A DNA stretch of 63,897 bases. Origin: Octopus bimaculoides (Eukaryota). Both the position numbers and the translations under genes were made by a program. Below the pieces are notes generated by a model. That model ran no database searches. It was given only the letters and a program-made list of their open reading frames with translations, and had not been told where the DNA came from. The stretch is from contig NC_068988.1 of assembly GCF_001194135.2 (NCBI RefSeq), forward strand, positions 55,321,231 to 55,385,127. The letters run 5' to 3'. Positions 52,349 through 63,897 of this stretch are shown one piece after another. Positions within the stretch are counted from its first letter, which is position 1. Every line of letters starts with the position of its first letter.

Positions 52349-54189
52349 TGTGGCGGTGTGGCAGCTTGTGCGCCTCAGTGACCCTGAGAGCTAAGCCGGT
52401 AGACAAGTCAAAAAGCTAAGCTCTTGGTTGAGAAGTCAAATGCGAGAGGCTAGACTAATATAGATTACCTCTTCCCAGAGGTAAAAATGGGCTAGCGAAA
52501 GGCCAACACTCCTAACTAATAAAAAAGAAAAGTTACAGATGCATTAATGACATTCAAAACAAACAAGACCTGGGAGAGGAATGCCTTCCTTGAGGGAAAC
52601 ACAAGAATAGGTCCCACAAGGGAGGCGAAAGACAAGACGCCCTTGGGATACTGAAGAAGAGCTGAAAAAGTAGGAATCTAACTGAAGGGAAGTAGAAAAA
52701 ACAACCGAGTACCGAAAACTGCAGAAAAGTTGTCGATGGTTTACACTTCACAGGGGATAAATGGCTGAAGTAACTATCTTCATATTACATCACATAAAAC
52801 AAACCCCACATTATATTATAATAATATTACTTTCAACACCATAATCTCATCTCAATTTCTACCTTGTTGTTGCTTGGTCCCAAGTTAGTCTGATTGAAGA
52901 AATCTTTGTATAAGGTACCTCAGCCATGACTGTCTCATCTTTTTACAGCAAAAACTTACCTAAAATACATTACCCAGCGTTTCCTCCCATTCATTGTTTT
53001 GTTTAGGCTAAGGTAAGCCTTCATTGAGCAGGCCTTTGATCAAACGGTGTTCAAATCAAGATTATTTCCAAGATCTATATTGGCTAATGTAGACTTATTT
53101 AAGATGGTAAGATATAATTTAAGGGTGAGTCAATTGATATTTCTAATAAGCTTTCTTATGGATTATGCTCTCGTTAGTTCAGTCTCTACATTGTGATAAC
53201 AGAAGGTGTTACTTACATGGAACGCAGACGTGTTTGTTCAGTAAATACGTGCAACAAGAATGTTCTGAAATAGAACAAAAAATAATGAGTTTCAGAAGTT
53301 AGTTTTAGTTTTTCAATTTTATAATGATTACAAAGGCGGTGAGCAGGCAGAATCGTTATCACGCCGAGGCAAAATGCCACAAGGCATTTTGTCCGTCTTT
53401 ACGTTCTGAGTTGAAATACCGCCAAAATTTGAAACCGATATTATAATGATTATAGGAAATTATTAAAGGGGTGGTCGAAACAGCAGAGAACCAATAAATT
53501 ATCTTGTAAAATTCAGTTATGTCCTTTAATGTTCAAATTTCAAACCAAGACGGGGACAGTTTTGTTCTTCACCTTATCGGAAATAATGGTTTCAAATTTT
53601 GGTACATGGCCAGCAATTTCGGTTGGGGGAGTAAGACGATTATCTCGACCCCGCCCCCCAGTGATAACCCGGTACTTATTTTATCGATCCCAAAAGAATG
53701 AAAGGCAAAGTCCCTCTTGACTTATGCTTTCTGAAGATCATAGTCATGTTCAGTTCACGGCTTATTTTTAATGACTGAATTCTTTTTGAATCATTGATTT
53801 AACAGCTTATTTTGGGCCAATAGATTCTATTTTGACAATATTGTTTTGGTAAGAACGTATTACAAATAATAAGATTCAATTCTGTTCACATTTGTAGTAA
53901 AATACTGTTGGGGGTTGACATTAATCGTTTCATCTCAGGATGCTCTGAACTGGTGGTTCTTGACCATTTTTCTACCTGTGGATCCTTTTGATTCATATTT
54001 TACTCGGCTGGACCCTCATAGCCATTTGATGCCTGAAAAATCCTATTATATTTTTTGTAATAAAATATTATTAGGAATTGTATATAAAATTTGTTAACAT
54101 ATTTTGTGCATTGTAGAAGTATAACCACTTCATTGCGCATAAATTTTAACAAAATCCTTTATGGACCTTGGTTGAGAATCACTGCCATA

Positions 54190-54780
54190 CACACTTCGGT
54201 ATTTAAAAATTTTCCCGACCTTGTGCGTTGAAGTTTAAGAATTATTACTTCAACAGTAATGTGTCTAATAATATCTTTTAGATGCTCATAAATAAAATAT
54301 TTGTCTTCATCAGAACCATGCATTGTTGGTGCATAAAAACTCATAAACACTGTCAAATGATTACAAGATACAGACACTGACAGAGACATAAGTCTAGCAT
54401 TTAAACCATATGGTAGCTTAGTGAGAAGTGACACTAAAGTTCACCCAATCGCAAAATCAATGTCAGACTCACTCCTCTGATTATCAATTCTTTCATACCA
54501 GAAAATAGCGTAGCCATCCCTTATTTTAGCATATTGACCCTTACCAGTGAAATAGGTCGTCGACAAGGTAACAATATCTATTCTGTGCATAGCAAGTTCT
54601 AAAGAAGTTAAACCAATTCTCCTTTCAGTAAATACTTCGTTGAAAGTATTCCAACAGCATGCCAGAAAATCAGCTACGTGCTTTTTGACAGTTGCTTGAT
54701 GATGACTCGAGCCCAGCTACATTCCTTGGAGACCCTGTAGGCTCAGCACTGTGAGCACGAGTCTTGCAAAATCTTTTTGC
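54190..54780 (-). mobile_element. RTE-BovB-like LINE 5' fragment (APE N-terminus)
   Basis: ACWNTF...ERRIGLTSLEL...IDIVTLS...GYAIFW...LPYGLNARLM...FYAPT...DEDK. Confidence 0.8.
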
Positions 54781-55264
54781 CGATTACTTTATTTTGAGAA
54801 TAAGGTTGTCATAAGGCCGATAGTTCTGTTTATGAAGGATATCACAAACCTGCCACGTGTTGCCGAAAATGTATCACTAAGAGAATTCATCAAAACCTTC
54901 ACGCTATATGAGATCACATTTCCCGTAAAATTTTAGGAAGCTAACTCGATTATTTGACCACCAATATAAACAAGTAATATCTATGCATGAATAATATCTA
55001 TGATTTCCGTAATGAAAGGAAAATGGCTTGTACAACCGCACTTGGCCATATATGAGTATACGTCTGTGTATTTGAGCTACAAGCCTTATTTGGACGTACT
55101 TGAAATCAGCAACAACAAAGAAATACAATGATCACTGGGTATTACATCTATCTACCTGTCTATTCATCCACCCATCCATCCATCCATCCATCCATCCATC
55201 CATCCATCCACCCACCCATCCATAAGTACATACATACATACATACATACATACATACATACACT

Positions 55265-55765
55265 ATCTCACTGGCCTAATTTTTTCTCCGCTTGATGTTG
55301 GTTGGTTTAAGAAGTGACTTCCTTCTTGCTGCTCTGCCAAAGTAACCAAGTTTGTGGAGATACCTGACAGCTGTTCTGGGACTAAAATTCAACTTGTTCT
55401 GCTATTTCGAGGCCTTGCAACGAGGATTATCCTTTACACTTCTCTTAACAAAGGGAAGGATCCTATCAGAGGGCTCTGGTTGATCTGGGCGAGGTGATGT
55501 GGACTCCTTCTCCTCTCTAGTGAATTTCACAACCACTCTATTAACTGTAGAAAGCAGGATGCCAAGGTTTTCTACGATTTTACGCGATGTCCATCTTCAG
55601 AATGCCCCACAATACGGCTTCTTTGAAATTCAGACAGTTCCAAGGCTTCTTTTGTACACGGCATAATTAAACACTCACATATAGAACTTGAAACATAAAA
55701 ATGTCAATTAATAAAAAAATATACCTTTACAAGTTAGAATAAACATAAAACGATGGTTTATGGGT
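55265..55765 (-). mobile_element. Partial copy (5' end) of the Tc1 family at 10334-11543
   Basis: Collinear with 11065-11543 including the TIR TATTTACTTCTGTCATG. Confidence 0.92.
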
Positions 55766-57971
55766 ATCTATTTACTTCTGTCATGTGTGTGTATGTGTGT
55801 ATGTGTGTGTGTGTGTTTGAATATACATACATGTATATATATCCAAAATAGGTAGAATCAACAAAAAGTACTCCATCAAGTGAGAGATAAATATCAAATC
55901 AATACACATACCAAAAGAGCTACTAATAGTTTTTCATGGCGTATTTCATAAAAATGTCTAGTAGTATCATTAAAACACGAAACTATGTGTATCTCTTTTG
56001 GTATGTGTATTAATTTTATATATATATATATATATATNNNNNNNNNNCGATCTTATATCGTTTGTAGAAAACATAAATCCGAAAGAAGAAGCACACTCTA
56101 AGATGTAGAGCTGTATATATTAAAAATGGGGAAGGCCGGTTTATGAGATTAGCTTAGGTTTCCCACAGTGGCAACACCAACAAGAATTACAACACCCACA
56201 CCAGATGACGGTACATACAGAATGCGTGTTTCTACAGCATCATCGACTCAAGAAGCACCAACCACCCATCAACACATCGACGTCGCGCACAACACCTCAG
56301 ACATAAGCACAGAGCAGAGCAAAGTTTACTAGATGGAGACCCAATATTTTACCACTGATTCATCTGATAAAATTAGAAAATAATGATAGTATATATAAGA
56401 TTGGGATCTCTTGTGATGGATTTCATGTCGTTGGAATTTCAGTCCCAGTTCTAATGACATTTCTAATAGCACCATATGATTTGCCTTGACAGATAGTAGC
56501 CCAGTTTCCATTGCTATGTAAAAATGTTTTGTTGCTGGGTTAATGGTTAGTGTCAGGTTAGATTAATGGTTAATATGATTTTGCGTCTAATGATAAGTTA
56601 GGACATAATGTAAATTAAGCTTTCGAGAAAGATCAAGGTTAGATTTATGCTTAAGAGTTACGTAAGTTAGATATGGAAGAACCAATGTCTGTTTCATTTC
56701 CTGATGTTTATCAGTTGTTGTTTATTGACTGTCTCCGCTATTTATCCTATGTGTTATACAAAATTATTACGTTAAAGGCTAGTTAATTACTTAGACATTA
56801 CCATATCAAGTCCGAAGACTCATAGCGCCGGTTACTCCGTTTCCATGGCAAACAAATGACTAAGATCACAATATTCGTTCTGAACGGGACTCAAGTCCGT
56901 CACAAGGTGGCCCATTTATAGCTGTATGAAATGAAATAATGTGAAATGGAGTGTTTTAGTTCAAGAACACAATGTACCGCCCTGTCCAGGAATCGAAACC
57001 ACGATCTTGAAATGATCGTGAGCTCAATAGCCTAACCATTAGGCCACTCACCTTCACAAAAAATTATGTCAATCACATTTAATGGAAACTTACCTTTTGG
57101 ACAATCTTCGTTGGTTTCGCATTTTGTTTTTGGAGAATGTTTGACCGCTGGGCAATTTCCGATGCTGGCAGGATGAACAAAATCTGTTCAAGTAAATGAA
57201 ACAATTAGACAAGTTCAAACTGGTGTAGAAATGTTCGATGCAATAAAATCAAATTACAGCCTTTTGTCTTTTACTTGCGTCAGTCGTTGGGCTGCGGTCA
57301 ATCCTTGAAGGGTTCACTTGAACAAATCGACCTTAATACTTATTTTTTAAAGTCTGGTACTGATTTTTTTCTGTCCTTTTTTTGCCGAACAACTAACTTA
57401 CGGGTTCGTAAACAGACCAAATCCGGTTATCAAGAGGGCAAACACGAAAGCAAACTCACACACAGACATATACGACGGACGTTTTTCAGTTTCCGCCTAT
57501 TAAATCCATGCATCAGGCTTTGGTTGTTCCGGGGCTAAAAATAGAAGACACTTGGTCAAGGTGTCGTGCTGTGGGATTGAACTTGAAATCGTATGGTTGG
57601 AAAGCAGACTTCTTACCACACAGCCACGGCTACACCTATTTACACGAGGCCCAAGTCTAACGAAGAAATTTAGTTGCTTGACTTTCACGTGAAAGAAAAA
57701 ACAAGAGAGTGAAAAGGTTCGTATTTCTCTTATATTTATTAGTGGAATATATGAAATAAGTAAAACTAATAATGAAGCTTTTGACCGCAGAAATTTGTTC
57801 GCAGAGACTTTACCTTGTATGCTATCAATAAAAATCATGTCACTGTTTACTTCTTCTATATATATGAAACTGAATCAAACATTTCATTGTTATGAAATAT
57901 AACGTGTCTTGAATAGTACAACAAAGCAGAGTGGACTATAATAACTGTAATAATTTAATTATTCATAGTCT

Positions 57972-58018
57972 AACATGATATAATATTTCGGAATATAAAA
58001 ATTCCTTCTTCAGATATT
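57972..58018 (-). ncRNA. Putative minimal hammerhead ribozyme
   Basis: AAUAU-CUGAAGA-A-GGAAU(UUUUAU)AUUCC-GAAA-UAUUAU-AUC-AUGUU. Confidence 0.45.
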
Positions 58019-58299
58019 GCTAGGAATTGATCGAGTCACTGCTATAATCCTATATATTTTCTCCGATATATCAATGCCCAATATGTCCTTGACTCTAACA
58101 AGTCCTACTCTTATATAAATAATACCACTCTTCATTCCTCCTTGACCTTCTGCTCCCAAGAGTCATCTACATGCAACCTGGATATCTTTCATTAAATCTA
58201 CACAGACTCCACGCAGAGATCTCAAAAACATCCATCAAAGAGGTCATGTAAATCTTGACACTTTCAATAGAACGATCACCCTCCACCAATCATTGCACA

Positions 58300-58788
58300 T
58301 AGCAAAACACATCGTAGCACCTAACCATCTTAAATATGAACAACAAGCAAGTAAAGCCCTTGCTATCACAATGCAGTATCAAATGCTATACGTCATTATC
58401 ACTGAAGAGACATCCTGGCAAACGTACCTCCCTTAGCATAACTAAAACTGCTCCTCATCTCAATGAATCCTTTTCGTCAGAGCCCAGACCACTACAAAAC
58501 CTCTATAAGGTGAAATTGAGGTCGATCACAGAGTACTGCGTCCATATCTTTGAAAATACAGCTGCCTCACACATATTCTAGTCTGTGACCATTCAATTGA
58601 TTAGCATAGAGTTACTGACAAGTTGCAGTTTCAGATGTTTTATCTCTGTCTCTACTTCTCGAGGTTGGCTGGCCTTATTCACTTCCACTCAGACATCTCT
58701 TGCCTGCTCGTCACCTGTACTGTTTTCACCTACTAGGTCCTTGCACTAACCACTACATTCATTTCTTCCTCATCAGGAAATCCAACAT

Positions 58789-58790
<2 letters not shown>
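58300..58790 (+). mobile_element. Decayed CR1/L2-like LINE, RT C-terminus
   Basis: LYKVKLRSITEYCVHI resembles the LYK..VRP.MEYC motif. Confidence 0.45.
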
Positions 58791-58864
<74 letters not shown>

Positions 58865-60837
58865 CACACCACTCCTGCAGTCATCGACTTGCAAAAGTTT
58901 TAGAGGGAAGTGAACAAATCTCATTGATCTAAGAGAGTCTGTGAATGCCTCAGGTACTCCCCGTTACTTCAGATTTAGCCAATAGAAATAGATGTAAAAG
59001 ACTAATAAAATAGATATATAAAGACAATGGGAATAGACATAAGCGTTCAGGTTTTGACAGAATATAAATTAACGAAAGTTTAATTTACATTTAATTCAAA
59101 GGTTTATGCCATTTTCAGGGTATATAATAGGTTTTAAAAAATTTCAATGTTTTGTATTGGCAATGCGTTCAGATTGTGTTGACGAATGGTGTCTTGGCAA
59201 ATGAAATTTTAAAACATTCAGTTATATAAAGATTTCAAGTGTTTTTAATAGTTAATATATGATCTCCCCAAAGTGATCTTCCATTTTAAGTTGCAGTGGG
59301 TTTTGAAGAATAGATTAATTTTTTTATTTTTTATCTATTGTTGACTAAAGAACAGTTTTCATTTAATTTGTTTTAGCTGCTCCACCGATATTTCAGTTTC
59401 GGCGAGTATAAATCTGATATTGGATAATTGTCGTTACCTTTCAAAGTACCACACAATTCGCTCTCTGCTAATGTATATAACAAACGGTCTGCGTTTGACA
59501 AAGCAAAGAAAGATAAGTAAAGGATAGGAAAATCAGAAACAAAAATAGCAACAAAAGACATGTGAGTGTTGGAAACTACTCGTTAAAAATGTTCTAAGCT
59601 GGATTTGTCGTTTGAAAATTACGTAGCAAATATTTTGTTTCATGAAAAAAAAACCCCAAATCTTGCCAGATAGGAATGCGCATTACAAAAATACATTTAT
59701 CATAATGGTAAATCATTTCTCTAGTGAAACATGAACGGACAGGACATAGGTTTTAAAAAAATATTATTACCTCATTCTTCAGTGCATTAGATTTAAGAAT
59801 AATAAACCTTGCAAAAGCTAATTTTCTTGGCATAAAATACTAGTATATTTTCCCTTTATCAGAAATTTATGTCAGATCATCTTATGATATGTTTATGTAT
59901 TTGTTTTACAAGACTCTTAATGTGAAATCGTATGTTGAAGCAGATATTGTTACACTTGGGGTTGGTCATATTTTGCTAATTCAACACATACGCCAAATAT
60001 TTGGTCTTCACTACAAAAATGAAATAAGCAGAAAAAGAAGTGACACGTGGGACAGATAGTCGCTGAAGAGATCGCAGGATGTGTGACGAAAGAACTTTAA
60101 CAAAGAAACTAAAATTTAAAAAAAATGTAAGAATAAAGCTGAAGTGAAGATCAAATATAAAATGCGTGTGTTTAATTGACAAAACGTGACCGTCTCCAAG
60201 TATAACAATATTTTATAACCAATCGTCGATCAGATATTCTCAGTAATTTAGTATCCGATTCTAGTAGACACATATCTTTATCTTCAGATATAATTGCTTT
60301 TAGAAAAGCTACGTACTTCTGTAGCGATGCATTTAACCGTAGTAGATTTTATATATAACAGACCTTTTGCTCCTAAAACGAAGAAACAGAATTAAGAAAA
60401 TTGTATAATCCAAATTTTAGCTTGAATATTCGAATAATATAGTTAAAGAGTTTCTAAGTTAGTTTCAGTGCATTTTTCTAGAAAACATAGATACCAAAAT
60501 TTCGCCGGCTCCGTAAATTCTTGTAATGCAAAACATCTGTCAAATATTCTTGAAGTGCTATTCTTAGAATATATAAAAGTATTTTTCTGACTGCATTTAC
60601 ATACATACACCTAGACACACATCGCTACACAGATATACATAACCAAACGTAAAGCAACAGGGAAATTAACGATAGAGAAGTAACGAGTTCTAATTCAAAC
60701 ACTATTTCGGAAAGCGGTGCCCAAATTGGTGAAAATTAAAATAGTGTAAATAGATTAGAACTTAAAAAGAACAAACGTAAGAATGTAAATAATCAAGTAA
60801 ATATAGGAGATAATAGAACTATAATGGAGAAACGAAT

Positions 60838-61143
60838 TGTGATAGTACAACACATAAATCATGCCCACTAAAATTAAACTGCAGAATTAAAGACGTGGTG
60901 TACAGATGTAAAGTAATTTCAGAAGGACAGGCGTATTTCTACATAGGTGCTAGCGAGACCTTTATTAAACGTAGAATAGATAATCATGAACTATCGTTTA
61001 GGGATAAAAATAAGAAAAATAATACGAGCTTAAGTAATATAATTTGATCGCTAGAAGATAATAATAAAGCATACACAATTAGCTGGGATATAATTAGTAG
61101 AACTAAACCATATAGTAAAGGAAGTAAACGTTGCGAATTGTAA
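60838..61143 (+). mobile_element. Penelope-like GIY-YIG endonuclease, pseudogenised
   Basis: CDSTTHKSCPLKLNCRIKDVVYRCKV...YFYIGASETFIKRRIDNHELSF...SLSNII*SLE...YTISWDII...PYSKGSKRCEL*; stops at 61045 and 61141. Confidence 0.9.
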
Positions 61144-61702
61144 ACCATAGACAAGAAAGCGCAACAAGGTGTGTTCACCAATCAAAATATACCTTTAAGA
61201 GGTTTAAATAATTGCATGATATGACTAACTAAAATTGGAATTTGAAGTAAGTAAATTATAACAAATAACGAACAAAAATGTAAACCCCTTCATAAATTAA
61301 ACTGAAAAATTTTCAAAATGTGAAAACAAAGTTTAAGTTGAATAAAATTAACTACAAAGAAAATATTAATTTAAATTAAATTTCAAAATAACAAGAAAAT
61401 GATAGACCCATAGTTTAATAATAATATCAACATCAGAAAAAAACAAAGAATAATTTAATACATTTGGAAAAAATAAAATTACTATTCTACATAGGTGGAA
61501 TGGTAGGCTAGAACATGAATTAAGAACCATAGGAAAATTCTTGAGCATTAAGATAGAAAGTAGCAATAAGTTCTGAAGTAGCCAGGGTAACATAAAGTTC
61601 ACGAAATATATGACTATTTTTAGTAACGCCAACACCACATTAGAGAATAATTTTAGTCAAGATTATGCTATCTTCAGATGATATCCGACCAACAGTTAAA
61701 GT

Positions 61703-61790
61703 GGATCCTGATGAAGTTGCAACGATAATTAACACCAAGACGCATATTTAACAGTGTGCACCAGTTTTCAGCGGAAACGTGCGTAGGTCT
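61703..61790 (+). ncRNA. Putative type I hammerhead ribozyme in a Penelope-like terminal repeat
   Basis: GGAUC-CUGAUGA-stem II-GAAAC-GUGC-GUA-GGUCU; stem I of 5 bp including two G-U pairs; near-palindromic stem III; AATAAA at 61816. Confidence 0.55.
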
Positions 61791-61861
61791 TGAAGAAAGA
61801 TGTGATTAATTGTAAAATAAAACTTGGATGTGCAAATCTCTGTTTTCCTGATTTCAATTTC

Positions 61862-61894
<33 letters not shown>

Positions 61895-62839
61895 NNNNNN
61901 NNNNNNNNNNNNNNNNNNNNNNNNNNNNNNNNNNNNNNNNNNNNNNNNNNNNNNNNNNNNNNNNNNNNNNNNNNNNNNNNNNNNNNNNNNNNNNNNNNNN
62001 NNNNNNNNNNNNNNNNNNNNNNNNNNNNNNNNNNNNNNNNNNNNNNNNNNNNNNNNNNNNNNNNNNNNNNNNNNNNNNNNNNNNNNNNNNNNNNNNNNNN
62101 NNNNNNNNNNNNNNNNNNNNNNNNNNNNNNNNNNNNNNNNNNNNNNNNNNNNNNNNNNNNNNNNNNNNNNNNNNNNNNNNNNNNNNNNNNNNNNNNNNNN
62201 NNNNNNNNNNNNNNNNNNNNNNNNNNNNNNNNNNNNNNNNNNNNNNNNNNNNNNNNNNNNNNNNNNNNNNNNNNNNNNNNNNNNNNNNNNNNNNNNNNNN
62301 NNNNNNNNNNNNNNNNNNNNNNNNNNNNNNNNNNNNNNNNNNNNNNNNNNNNNNNNNNNNNNNNNNNNNNNNNNNNNNNNNNNNNNNNNNNNNNNNNNNN
62401 NNNNNNNNNNNNNNNNNNNNNNNNNNNNNNNNNNNNNNNNNNNNNNNNNNNNNNNNNNNNNNNNNNNNNNNNNNNNNNNNNNNNNNNNNNNNNNNNNNNN
62501 NNNNNNNNNNNNNNNNNNNNNNNNNNNNNNNNNNNNNNNNNNNNNNNNNNNNNNNNNNNNNNNNNNNNNNNNNNNNNNNNNNNNNNNNNNNNNNNNNNNN
62601 NNNNNNNNNNNNNNNNNNNNNNNNNNNNNNNNNNNNNNNNNNNNNNNNNNNNNNNNNNNNNNNNNNNNNNNNNNNNNNNNNNNNNNNNNNNNNNNNNNNN
62701 NNNNNNNNNNNNNNNNNNNNNNNNNNNNNNNNNNNNNNNNNNNNNNNNNNNNNNNNNNNNNNNNNNNNNNNNNNNNNNNNNNNNNNNNNNNNNNNNNNNN
62801 NNNNNNNNNNNNNNNNNNNNNNNNNNNNNNNNNNNNNNN

Positions 62840-62924
<85 letters not shown>

Positions 62925-63352
62925 AGAGTGAGAGAGAGAGAGTAAAGGAGAGATACGGAGAGAGTTAGTATATGCGGTGCAGGGTGACTGCACATGGGAA
63001 TAGTACACACATACAGACATACGCAGTGAGGGAGAATCATAGCGACAGAGGAGAAACAGCAGAGGGAACATACATATGTGTGTGCGTGTGAATTTCCATA
63101 ACGTAATAGATTAACTCGGAGAGTGATTTTGTTTTCCTTTTTTTCCTTTTTGAATACTATTTTATGTAATCATATATTAAGGCAATAAATATTATTCTTT
63201 CCAAAATTAGTATTCATTTCATTATTTTGCTTAAGAACCATGAAATTTAATAAAAGTTAAATTTTAATAACTTTTGTAGGTATGTCATATTTCCTGATAC
63301 TACTCATGGTACCAAAAATATTTTTCCAAATAACGAGTAACACTCTAGTGTG

Positions 63353-63389
<37 letters not shown>

Positions 63390-63897
63390 AATAATAATAC
63401 AACGGATATATAAGCATGTATACACACATATATGTACATACTTACATCTACATGTGTATATAGATGCATATTCGGGTACAGGACGTTAGAAAAATGAACT
63501 ACAGACAACGGAACGAATACATAGAAAAACAAATAGCCACTTGGATTAATTCTTCATCAGCTGCCTCTATTCTAAACTAGGCATTTCGAAGATAAGGCAG
63601 GACGCACTCTTAGAATAGTTTCTTCCTGAGTAGTGGATCAACCCACTAAACAGAGAATTCCAACGTAGCAAACACAAACCAATACAGGAAAAAATGGACA
63701 GTGAAAACAACATTAAAAAGCCGTAGGGCCAAACGCGAATCGAATATTGAACGCTAGTGATATGACGAACAGGTTCGTCTCGCCTTCATGGTGGCTGGAG
63801 TTAGAAAGAGAGAATTGACCACAAGTCACATGTGAGCAGAGAGTGGTGGTAGAGGGAGGGAAGTGAAACAAATGTGAGAGACAGGGAGGAATATATA

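Noticed and set aside
60230-60290. CTGAAGA on the minus strand
   Set aside because: No GAAA box or stem III could be built
63530-63610. CTGATGA and CGAAA on the minus strand
   Set aside because: The boxes are in the wrong order for a type I hammerhead, no GAAA follows CTGATGA, and no cleavage junction forms; at best a decayed remnant

Overview
Eukaryotic, AT-rich, microsatellite- and SINE-rich DNA with many N gaps. The repeat families point to an octopod cephalopod, most likely an Octopus short-read assembly (inference). The left 38 kb holds the last ten coding exons of a Rho-associated kinase (ROCK) gene on the + strand. They splice in frame with GT-AG introns into 424 aa covering the coiled coil, Rho-binding domain, split PH/C1 domain and a Ser-rich tail, with the stop at 38083-38085. 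The kinase-domain exons lie upstream of the window. The right 25 kb is intergenic, made of decayed transposons (Tc1/mariner, MULE, RTE/BovB, Penelope-like elements, SINEs, a probable solo LTR). Most listed ORFs are noise from microsatellites or gaps. The best leads are two hammerhead ribozyme folds (one at the 3' end of a Penelope-like element), a candidate alternative last exon and microexons in ROCK, a long intronic hairpin, an inverted pair of tRNA-like units, modular SINE shuffling, and a CpG-decay contrast between intronic and intergenic copies of one Tc1 family. All alignments were done by eye with no database searches.
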